Of a DNA stretch of 64,000 nucleotides, positions 1 through 10,877 are shown one piece after another (position 1 is the first letter of the stretch; each line of letters starts with the position of its first letter). Source of the DNA: Azolla caroliniana. Lineage: Eukaryota > Plantae > Polypodiophyta. The notes below the pieces were generated by a model. It had not been told where the DNA came from. It was given only the letters and a program-made list of their open reading frames with translations, and searched no databases. Position numbers and translations under genes: made by a program. The stretch spans positions 20,274,001-20,338,000 of the forward strand of contig JBHGNT010000006.1 in the NCBI GenBank assembly GCA_043228905.1, written 5' to 3'.

Positions 1-799
1 TTCGCTCCGGTGACTTCTTCGAATTGGTGTCGTCGGCTCCGTTGTCTTTTCGGTAATACCGACAATTCTTTCGGAAGTGCCCCGGCTTCCCACAGTGGAA
101 GCATGTGGGCCTTCCTCTTGACTGTGACCGGGTCCCCGACTTCTCCCGTCTTTGCGGACTCCGGTTCCGTTGTCTTCCCCGATCCGATTCGGCAAGCAGC
201 ATCTTCGGATCGGAGGCCGGTTCTTTATCTCTCCGACGCGCTTCTTCGTTCAAGATACTTGTCTTTACTGTTTGTAGGGACAAGTTATCTTCGGTGCAGG
301 AGGTGCTGAGAGTCACCACCAAGTTCTCCCAGCTTTCCGGCAATGTACACATCAGAATGATGGCTTGCATTGCATCCTCGAGCGGGAACTTGATCGCCGC
401 AAGCTGGTTCACGAATCCCATGAACGTGCTTACGTGTTCCACCATACTCTCGCCGTCCCGGTACTTGAGGTTCACTATCTTCCTCATCAGGGAGGTCCGG
501 TTCAACGCATTCTTCCTCTCGTAGAGGCCTGACAGCTTCCGCCACATCTCATATGCGTTGGTGTCGTTCGCCACATGTTGTAGAACGCTCACGTCAACGT
601 ATTGCCGAATGGTTGCAACGGCTTTCCGGTTCAGAAGCCTCCATTCCGACTCAAGTACCCCCTTCGGTATTTCCGACCTGTCAATCGGTTCGTACAGGTC
701 CCGAACAATCAGAAGATCCTCCATCTTGATCTTCCAGTTGGCGTAATTCTGCGCATTCAGCACCATCATCCCCGGCTGCCCGCTGCCGCCGCCTTCCAT
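1..799 (-). CDS. gag: Copia Gag, N-terminal part
   Basis: Minus-strand translation from ATG 799: MEGGGSGQPGMMVLNAQNYANWKIKMEDLL...; CCHC knuckle CFHCGKPGHFRKNC near 60-105. Confidence 0.85.
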   Translation of the reverse strand, partial: MEGGGSGQPGMMVLNAQNYANWKIKMEDLLIVRDLYEPIDRSEIPKGVLESEWRLLNRKAVATIRQYVDVSVLQHVANDTNAYEMWRKLSGLYERKNALNRTSLMRKIVNLKYRDGESMVEHVSTFMGFVNQLAAIKFPLEDAMQAIILMCTLPESWENLVVTLSTSCTEDNLSLQTVKTSILNEEARRRDKEPASDPKMLLAESDRGRQRNRSPQRREKSGTRSQSRGRPTCFHCGKPGHFRKNCRYYRKDNGADDTNSKKSPER

Positions 800-829
800 T
801 TTCTGCAGCAACTCGCTCTGATACCAAAT

Positions 830-1498
830 TGATGGAAATAATCGACACTTTCCAAACTTCACTTCTCAGCCACAACCAAGGAAACACACGAATCGTTGTT
901 GCAGAAAATGGGAAATGCAAAAGTAAGTAAGTGGACACGCGATTTAACGTGGAAAACCCTGTACGGGAAAAACCACGGGAGTGCAAGACTCCGAACCAAA
1001 ACTATGCACAGAGAAATATACAATGGCGAGCTGCAAGGCGACGACCTTGAGCTCGCTGTCCTCGCCACAGGCGGCGGTATTACACAGAGGCGTCGACCTC
1101 TTCCTTTCTCTCTCCCTCACGGCTGCTCTCACTTCGCTCCCTCTAAGTGGAAAACAGAAAGATGAGCAACAACACTAAAACACTTTGCCCTAAGTCATAT
1201 TTATACACATATGACTTTCGGGATATTTACAACTATAGCCTCAAGGGCCCTTGGCAAACATATTCACAAATATGTCCCCGCATCCGGATCTCTCTCCGGG
1301 TACCTTCATCATCCGGCTCCGTAGCCGGGGTCTTCATCATCCGGCTCCGTAGCCGGGGTCTTCATCATCCGGCTCCGTAGCCGGGGTCTTCATCATGCTT
1401 CATGCTGGGTACTCTTCATGCTCCGGTTCCGTAACCGCAACCGGGCTTGCCGTCATTCATCTCCGGACATCCCATCCGGAGGGACCGAAATCCCAACA
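830..1498 (-). repeat. Copia 5' LTR with an internal 28-bp tandem repeat
   Basis: TG...CA termini; unit CTTCATCATCCGGCTCCGTAGCCGGGGT starts at 1304, 1332, 1360 and (partial) 1388; related to the solo LTR at 21386-22143. Confidence 0.85.
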
Positions 1499-2143
1499 TC
1501 GGGCCTTTCGCTTCAGATCGTTTGCGTGAGTCGGGTGGGAACCGCTGGGGTTTTGGACTAAGAGAAAGAAGAATATGAGATAAGGTTAGTTATGAATAGA
1601 TTGCAAGATGAAGATATGAAACTCGTGAATCTCACGAGTATAGTGTATTAATTGATACTTAGATTGTAAGAGAGAAATAGATGGCAAAATCGTGAATCCC
1701 ACGAATATTTTATATTAATCAACCCTTATAAAAAATCAACCACCACTATACATCTTTCTCTCTTCCTTATATAGTGATGGAAGAGTCTAAGTTTATCACA
1801 TGCAAGCATCATGCTTTTTTTGACTTTAGTTTTCATGCACACTACATGTGCATGATTAGCTTTCTATCACATCTTTTCTTTTAACTCGAGTGTGTATGCA
1901 TGAATAACTTTTTCTATCATGCTTATCTAGAATATTTACTTGGGATAAAGTTTACTATAACTTTATAACTCATAATATGCTAGTATAGTGGTAAGGTTTA
2001 AAATCGTTAACATGGAGGTATAGGGTTCAAATCTTGCCCTATGCATGTAATATAATTATTGTAATATGTCTCCTATTTCTTTATACTTAGTCAATCGGGT
2101 ACTCCACACATATTTTACGTAGTGTACAAAGTACACCACGACA
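1499..2143 (-). repeat. Gypsy A 3' LTR
   Basis: Direct repeat of 31549-32193; ends in CGACA next to a purine tract on the minus strand. Confidence 0.92.
1974..2046 (+). promoter_or_regulatory. tRNA-like Pol III A-box/B-box cassette in the A 3' LTR
   Basis: TAGTATAGTGG at 1981, GGAGGT, GGTTCAAATCT at 2024; box starts 43 nt apart. Confidence 0.6.
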
Positions 2144-2199
2144 CTCACCCCCTCTGAACTTGCACATCCTCCAGTATGTGCCAAAGTTTCCGATGCTTG

Positions 2200-4925
2200 T
2201 TATTTTCCTTCATCCGTAGCACTCTCCGATTCTCCCCTTATGTCGATTATCAATTGTAGTCCACTTTCTTCGCTTTCCACATCACCGCGATCTTTGTCCG
2301 ATTGCTCCTCGTTGTCGGTCTTGTCTAAGCTTACATAAGGTTCGTCGTCAGTCCGCTTCTGGAAAATCTTCACCCGTTTCCCCGCTATAGGCACCTGTAG
2401 TATTGTTCCATCCAACTCACATAGTCGGTAAGTTCCGTTGTTGAAAACTTTCTGAACCTCGTATGGCCTGAACCACCTTTTAGCGAACTTCGTATTGTTG
2501 TATGTTGATGATCCAAACTATTGTCATAGACAATCACCCAATCTCCTTCTTCAATCTTCTGTGGTCGTAGTCGATGCTTTGTGTTGAATCAACTTTTGTT
2601 TTGGAATCGCACTTCCTGTCGTCGGCGTGTTGCTTCCGCTATGTCTTCCGGTTTTCCCTCTAGTTGTTGTATCCGGACCGCTAGTAGTTCTTCTCGGCTC
2701 ATTTCTTCCTTCCACGGTAGCACTGTCCATGTTGCAATTGCGGTTTCTGTTGGCATTACCGGTGCTTGTCCGGTCATAAGTTCGGCTGGCATATAACCGG
2801 CCATGGAACTATACGTTGTGCGATCCGCTCATAGTGCATACGGAAGCATCTACGACCAATCCTTCACCCTTTCGTCGCATGCTTTTGCAAGTGCTTTGAC
2901 GATTGGACTATGTCCTCGTTCGATCTTCCCGTTGGCTTCCGGATTGTATGCCGTGGTTAGCGTTAACCGTACTCCATGTCTAACGAAGAATTCCCTAGCT
3001 TTATCAGAGTCAAGTTCTCCCCGATCCGCAATCACTTGTCCTACGTACCCGTACCTACAGAACACTTCTTCCAAGAGAAATTGACATACTACGGAACATG
3101 TTTTCCTCCGTAGTGCCCGTCCTTCTACCTGGTTTGTCAGATCTTCCCGGGCTAACACCAAGTACTTCTTTTGTCCTATCCCGGTTGGCATGGCCACAAT
3201 GTCGACCTTCCATTTGAAGTTGATTGTCGGTGAGAATGTCAGATGTAATTCATCTTGGTGTCGAACTCTGGAGTAGATTTGACATTTCTCGCAGCTTTCT
3301 GTGAACTCTACTACATCTTTGTACATATTCTTCCACCAATATTTTTGTTTGATCTTCGCAAATGTTGCCCATGTTCCCTGATGTCCAGCCCAATTGGATT
3401 CGTGAAATTCGAACATTATCTGGTTTCGTTGCTCTTTTGTTCCAACTACTTGTAGTGGTATGCCATCCGGTCTTTTCGGCTCCCTCTAGATTAATCCGTT
3501 GTTCAAGAAAAACTCTAGACTTGCCGTTTCTTACTTCGGATCTCGGCTCTCTTTTCTTTATTGTCTGATTATTCCTCGATTTCTTGTAGCACTTTCTCGA
3601 TCAACAAGCTTTCTCCCTCATATTCTTCTTCCTGGAATTCTAGGATTACATTCACCTGACATATGTGCTCCGAAGTAAAGTAGTTTTCGGAAACTTCTTC
3701 ATTATCGTATTCGGCTATGTCGTCTCCGAGCCGTGCCCTTGATAGCATATTTGCTGCCGCGTTGTCTTTTCCGGAGATGTGTCATATCTCCGGATTAAGC
3801 GACTTTATATATGCAATCCATCTTAGCATAGCCACATCTGGTATTGTGCAACACCTCATCATCCCGAGTATCGGAAGACAATCCGTTTCGATCACTACTT
3901 CGACTCCGATCAAGTATCCGAAGTAAAGTAGTTTTCGGAAACTTCTTCATTATCGGATTCGGCTATGTCGTCTCTAAGCCGTGCCCTTGATAGCATATCT
4001 GCTATCGCGTTGTCTTTTCCGGAGATGTGTCGTATCTCCGGATTAAGCAAATTTACATATGCAATCCATCTTAGCATAGCCACATCCGGTATTGTGCAAC
4101 ACCGCATCATTCTGAGTATCGGAAGACAATCCGTTTCGATCACTACTTCGGCTCCGATCAAGTAATCTCGATCTGATTTTATCACCGACACGACTCCCCA
4201 TAATTCTCTTTTAACTTGTGCATATTCGTGTTGCCTTTCGTTGAGAACCTTTGCTCCGAATCGGATCGGATATTGTGAACCATCCGAATCGGCTTGATTG
4301 ATGACCCATCCGATCCCGGTTGGACTTGTATTAACCGTTACTATAATCAGTCGGTCATAGTTCGGCTTCTTAAGTGCTTTTGCCCTCCGCAATGATTTCT
4401 TGAACTTCTTCACGACTTTGGTATGTTCCGGTTTCCATTCGAACTTCTTTCCCTTCCGCAACAAGTGATAGAGTGGGTCCGCAATGTGTGCATAGTGCGG
4501 AATCCATATGTGATAAAATGCACATGCCCCAAGAAACCTACAGACTTTGGATTGTGACTCGCATATTTCTTTCATAGCTTGAATCACATCAATCTTGGTT
4601 GGTGACGGTCTTCGGCCGTAGGGCCCACATAGATGCCCGACTACCAATATCTCTTCTTGCCCGAATGCCGATTTCTCTCCAGAGAGTGTTAGGTGCACAT
4701 CTTCTAACTTCCGTAAAACTTTCTTGCAAATATGGTCGACTACGAACTTTTGGCATCCCCGATCATCCATAGTCTCATTTTTTTCTTCCACCGCACATCC
4801 TTTTATCGGAATGTCATATAGGAACGCCATTGTTATCTCCGGAATGCAGTCCCGGAGCACCTTGTTCATTGCATTCATCATATGTGTGACCGAGTTCGTC
4901 GCGCCTTGTGGTAGCGTGCACATCT
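2200..4925 (-). pseudogene. pol: Gypsy A pol: RT C-terminal part, RNase H, integrase (stops, frameshifts, 248-bp duplication)
   Basis: ORFs 3910-4923 (LPQGATNS, KRELWGV, ETDCLP) and 2850-3416 (HHCC, IADRGE, NPEANGKIERGH). Confidence 0.92.
3669..4164. repeat. 248-bp tandem duplication in the A RNase H region
   Basis: TCCGAAGTAAAGTAG starts at 3669 and 3917; both copies end CCGATCAAGTA. Confidence 0.9.
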
Positions 4926-7900
4926 TGTGAATGTAAACGTGCGGAAGCGTTAGACAGAACCGGCTTAGTCGGATAGCAACAGAGAATAAGAGGTTTAATG
5001 GAGAAACTTAATACACAGAGAGAGTATACACATGAGAGACAGAGAGAGTAGAGCGTAAACGTTTATTTAAAAATAACTCTACAACTCTGTACATATAACA
5101 TGCTAAACAACACTATTTATACAAGTCCATAAAGGACTGACATAAGTATTGACAGGTACTTCAATATTCCTACGTGCGGCTGACACTAACTACGAGACAA
5201 TGATTACCTAGTAGTCTAGGCTACTACTAGGCTTCCGGTTCCCGCTCGAATTCGGCTCTCCGATCCGTCTCCCCAATCCGGCCGGTTGTTTTCGGATACC
5301 ATCCGAATACCGATCCGGCTCATCCTTCCGGATGCCGATCTGGCTCAAGCTTCTTTAGCTGATCCGGATCTGGTTGAGCTTGCTCGCTCAACATTCCCCT
5401 TCAAGCTCAACTTGAGGTCGGATCTTGGTGTTGGTGTCTGTGGCGGGCGGTTCCTCTACGCAGCTTCTTCTGGCGTTGGTTCACCTTGCTTGCGCTCCTC
5501 GTCCGGTCCGGTCTGGTTTGCCACGACCCTTCTGGTTCTGCTCACTTTGACCTCCTCAGTCGACTTGTCTGCTCAACAAACCCATTTTAGCTTCCTCACT
5601 GATGTGACTCCAGCGCTTGTTGACCCATTGGTTCCTTCATGTTGGTGTCGACTTCTGCTGCGACCATGTCCATTTTGCCTTTAATTGATCTGAGTTCTCT
5701 GAATCTTGAACCGAATCGGTTTTCTTCGATTCGTTTCAGCTCTTGTCCGAATCGGTCGCTCCTGATTCATTCCGGCTCTTGTCCGAGTCGGTGTTCTCCA
5801 ACTCGTCTTCCGGTTTCAGGCCCTTCACCATATCAGACCATGTCCGGGTCTTGGCCTTCTCCTTCCGGTCTGCTCTGTCCTTCTTGACTCTACCACCGCT
5901 GCCACTTGTTCCGACTACTTCCTTCGTTGACTCGGCTTCCTTTTTCACTTTGTCTCCCCCTTTGTTGGTTCTTTCTTCTTCTTCGGCTCCTTGTTCGATG
6001 CCCTCCGTTCCCTTTCCTTTTCTCCCCCTCAAGTGCGGCATGTCGAGATGATGAACACCAAGCATTTCAGTGAAGTGCTGCAACTTGTCCGATCCAAGTG
6101 GTTTGGTGAAGATATCGGCAACTTGCCGATCCGTCTGAACATACCGAAGTTCAACTTCACCGTGCAAAACCTGCTCACGCACGAAATGATAATGCACTTC
6201 TATGTGCTTTGTTCGAGCATGGAACACGGGGTTCTTGGTGATCTGAATGTTGCTCATGTTGTCACAGTAGATCAGGATCAGGGTCGGTACCTCAATCCGT
6301 AGGTCTTGTAGTAGACGTCGAAGCGAGATGGCTTCACAGGTGGCATTGGTAGTGACCCGGTATTCAACCTTAGTGCTCGACAGAGCCATTGTTGGCTGCT
6401 TTTTGCTACTCCACACAACAACCGCCCTACCTAGAGAAAACATGTAACCGGAGGTGGATTGGCGATCCAATGCATCACCAACCCAGTCGGCATTGATATA
6501 TCCGATTAGCTTCCCAGCTATACCGTGTCGGTATAACAGCCCCCGATCCTTTGTGCCACTAACATATTGGAGTATCTGGTGTGCGCACTGAAGGTGCTCG
6601 ACGGTCGGCTTCTGCATGAACTGGTTGATCACTCTGACCGTGTAACTGAGGTCGGGTCGAGTGATTGTCAGGTATATGAGGCTTCCGACAATTTCTCGGA
6701 AGCGTTTCTCATTGCAGGCCGGTCCGAAGTTGGGACAGAGCTTCTGGTTCCGATCCAGGGGTGTGGAGACAGGTCGACATTCCGTTATGCTGAACTTGTA
6801 CAACATATTCAACACATAGTGTCATTGTGAGAGAAATATGTCGTCGGGGGTTTGGATCACGTCGATCCCAAGAAAATAATGAAGGTCCCCCAGGTCCTTC
6901 ATTTCAAATGCGTCCAATAGTTGGGACTTTACTCGGCCGATTTCATTGAGTCCATGTCCGGTGATGACCAAATCATCTACATAAAGCAAGATGCAAACCA
7001 AACCGTCCAGACCTTGCCAGATAAACATCGATGAGTCGGATTTAGGGGTCACAAACCCCATCTTACGCAACCGGTGCGTAATCGTCGAATTCCAAGCTCA
7101 GGGGGCTTGTTTCAGACCGTAAAACGACTTCTTAAGCTGGCACACCATCGACTTGTTCATCTCTGACTAAAAACCTGGAGGTTGGATCATATAGACCCGT
7201 TCTTCAAGGTCACCTAGAAGAAACACATTCTTCACGTCCATCTGGTGAAGATGCCACCCCCCTTGCCGCAACAACCGCCAATACCACACGAATAGTCGTC
7301 ATCTTCGCTACTGGAGTGAAGGTCTCATTGTAATCGATTCTGTGGGTCTATGCGTATCCCTTTGCCACTAACTGGGCCTTGTACTGGTTTACCGAACCGT
7401 TGACATTGTACTTTACCTTGTACACCCATTTGCAACCGATTGGTTTACAATGTCGGGGAGGGTAAACGAGGTCCCATGTGTTGTTGGCATTGAGTGCCCA
7501 CATTTCTTCTTCCATAACGGCACGCCAATTTGCGTCCTTTACCGCTTCTGCATAGCTCTCCGGCTCACGCACTTCCTCCACTTTGATCATGTATGCATAG
7601 TGATGCGCCATGTACTCATTGTACCCGTACCGCGTAACGGGGTTCTTCATGCGGGAAGACCGGCATAACTTGGTATCACCCGGTTTGGGGCCCTTCTTGG
7701 CCAGTTCAGACTTCGTTCCCGAAGATCCACCTTCATCCTTTCCAGAGTCGGATGTGCTCCGAGCTGACTTAACGTTGCCCACTTCGTATTACGACATCTT
7801 CTTCTTCCCATTCTCTTTGCGCGTGAACTATCTCTTGGGTTCCTTGCGCGGGGGGAGCACGACAAAGTCTCCACTACTCGCCGGTTCTTCATCCGACTGG

Positions 7901-10872
7901 TCACTTTGACCAAGTCGCTCGTTCGGTCAGCTCAATTGAAACGATTCCGGACTCTCTTCTAGAGTCTCCAGCTCATCATCTTCTATCTGGACCTCCTCAG
8001 GCTCACTAGCCTCATATTTCGGAATTAGGTCTTCGTCGGGAGTTGGAGTGGGTAAGGAGTACCATGATGCCGTCTCATCAAACTCGACATCTCGGCTTAC
8101 TCGGACCTACTTAGTCCGAGGGTTATAGCACTTATACCCCTTCTGCTGATGCGAGTAGTCGACTAGGATGCACTTCTTCGACTTCGGATCTAGCTTTTTT
8201 TGCTTCTCATCCAGTACATGCACATATGCTATGCTACTGAATATCCGAAGGTGTCTCAAATTCGGCTTGCGCCCGAAATACAGCTCGTGTGCTAACACCT
8301 TGTCACAGATACAATTTTGGATGTAGACGGTCGTCCGGACCGCCTCAGCCTAGTAGAAATGGGACACACTCTTCTCTTCCAACATTGCCCTTGCCGCGTC
8401 GACAATCGACCGGTTCTTCCTTTCGGCCACACCGTTTTGCTTTGGTGTGTACCTACAACTGAATTCTCTCCGAATTTCGTTCTGCTGCAGATAACTGTTG
8501 AATTGGCTAGAAAAGTATTCTTTCCCGCCATCCGACCGCAGATACTTGATCTTCCTCTCTGTTTCCCGTTCAGCCAAGCTTTGAAGGTTCCGGAAACACT
8601 TGAAGACTTCGCTCTTCCTCTCGATGACGTAGATCCACGTGTGCTGGTTGTAGTTGTCGATGAAGGAGGCGAAATACCGACTCCCGCCAAGACTAACATT
8701 TTGTGCCGGTCCCCATACATCCGAATGGATTAAATTGAGCTTGTTATGGCTCTAGTTTCGTTTGGTGGGGAATGGAAGCCGGTGTTGCTTCCCGAGTTGG
8801 TAGGCTTCACAAATTTCGGCCTTCCGACCGCTAAATTTCGGCAAACCAAAGACAACTTGTTTCGATTGCAGGTCCTGAAGCCTCCGGTACTTGATGTGGC
8901 CGATCCGCTTGTGCCACAGGTCGATGTCCGACTCGACCTTTTGCCCTTTAGAAAACATGGCGGTGCCAACGTCATTGGTGTTGAGGATGAACATCTTCCC
9001 TTCTCTGCGCCCTTGCGCAAGTATCCGACCTTCTTCCTCGATGAAGCACCCTAGGTGCGTAAACCGCACCTGCATCCCCTGGTCAACAATTTGTCCAATT
9101 GACACCAGGTTCTTTGTGATAGTCGGAACGTGAGTACGTTCATCAACTTCCCCTTTTGTCCGACATGGCTTAAAGGGACGTCTCCGACATGCACAATCGG
9201 GTGAGGGGTGTCGTCTCCGGTTTCAACAATCCCCGGTTGTTCCGGCTTTCCTCCAAAAAAGAGGACCACTCTTCATGGCTCGTCATGTGGCTGGACGCTC
9301 CGGAATCAACGTACCAAACTTCCTCTGATTTGGAAGTAGTCTTCTTCATTGAGTTAGCCTTCTGCTTCATCACGAAGGTTGGCCCTTTACCGGTTTTCCC
9401 GGTTGCAGATCCTTCCGATCCTTCCGCGTAGAGCGAGCTTTGCCAGTTCTCCCAACTGGTTTTGCCGGATCCGAATTTTTCCGTATCAGCATGCTTCTTC
9501 CAAGACTCACTTTCCCTCTGGCCCTTTTTGACACAGTAGCAGCATTCCGTGTCGGCTTTTCCTTGCCGGTTCCCAACGCCTCTTTGACTCCCCCTGCTTG
9601 TGGAGGGTTCAGAACTACTGTCGGCACCACCTCTATGCCTCCAGACTTGCTCTTGTCGGCCGCCTCCATTGCGTGCCGACCCACCTCGTCCACCACGTCC
9701 ATGGGGCTGATTTATCTCTGTGTACAACATCTGGCCGTTCGATTGAATAGTCCTTGACCCACTCGCATGGTTTTCTTCGACCATCAACATCGATTGCAAG
9801 TCGAAGAAAGATGGTGGTTTCTCCTGGGCGCAGATCGTTGTCCGGATTGGCCCGTACTTTTGCGCTAGACCACCGAGGCAGATTTGTACCATCTCGTCTT
9901 CATCCACCGTCACATTGATGGACCCGAGTGCGTCGCAAATCTCCTTTATCTTGGTGGTGTAATTTGTAATCGACATATCTCTTTGCCGGATGTTGTTCAG
10001 CTCTTGTCGGAGTTGCAACTTACGGGTTGTGGTACTCGCGACGAAAATCTTCCTCAGATTTCCCCGGGACTCCTTCGGTGTCTTTGCATCCTTGATGTAG
10101 CCGAGCATCTGATCGTGCACACAGGACGCGGGGCAGTACAATACTCGGCTCGCTCCTTGCTCCCATATCGGGAAGTCCTTGTGTGAAGGCTCCAGTGCTA
10201 CTTCATTTGTTCCTTCCACAAAGCTCCAATATCCATGCCCCAACAGGTATTGGTGCATTTTATATGACCAGGACGCGTAATTGCTCCGGTCGAGCTTCTC
10301 TGTTGGAAGTGAACGCACCATTCCTCTGGCCATATCTTCTCTCTATCTGTTGTTACTGGGTTCTAGGGTTCGTCTACAGAAGCAAGTGTCGGCTATAGAG
10401 GTTCTCAAACCTCGCGCTCTGATACCATGTGAATGTAAACGTGCGGAAGTGTTAGACAGAACCGGCTCAACCGGATAGCAATAGAGAATAAGAGGTTTAG
10501 TGGAGAAGCTTAATACACAGAGAGAGTATACACAAGAGAGACAGAGAGAGGAGAACGTAAACGTTTATTTAAAAATAACTCTACAACTATGTACATACAA
10601 CATGCTAAACATCACTATTTATACAAGTTCATAAAGGACTGACAGGTACTTCAATATTCCTATGTGCGACTGACACTTACTACGAGACAATGATTACCTA
10701 GTAGTCTAGGCTACTACTATGCTTCTGGTTCCCGCTCGAATCTGGCTCTCTGATCCGTCTCCCCGATCTGGCCGGTTGTTTCTAGATACTGATCCGACTC
10801 ATCCTTCTGGATGCCAATCCGGCTTAGGCTTCTTTAGCCGATCCGGATTCGGTTGAGCTTGCTCAGTCAACA
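4926..10872 (-). mobile_element. Full-length Ty1/Copia element B (degenerate)
   Basis: LTRs 4926-5393 and 10428-10872; iMet PBS 10416-10427 abutting the LTR; PPT about 5394-5406; TSD CATCT/CATCC; gag-PR-IN-RT-RH order. Confidence 0.95.
5736..10333 (-). pseudogene. Copia B gag-pol polyprotein, fragmented
   Basis: NYASW gag, WYVDSGASSHM protease, LWHKRIGH, LRSDGGKEY / QNGVAERKNR integrase, LLYVDDL RT, KHIEVHYHF and ADIFTKPL RNase H. Confidence 0.93.
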
Positions 10873-10877
10873 CATCC

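Larger units (their letters stand above)
1..1498 (-). mobile_element. Ty1/Copia LTR retrotransposon, 5' end (runs off the left window edge)
   Basis: LTR 830-1498 (TG...CA), tRNA-iMet PBS TGGTATCAGAGC at 815-826 on the minus strand, gag downstream. Inserted about 2 bp inside the terminus of Gypsy A's 3' LTR. Confidence 0.9.
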
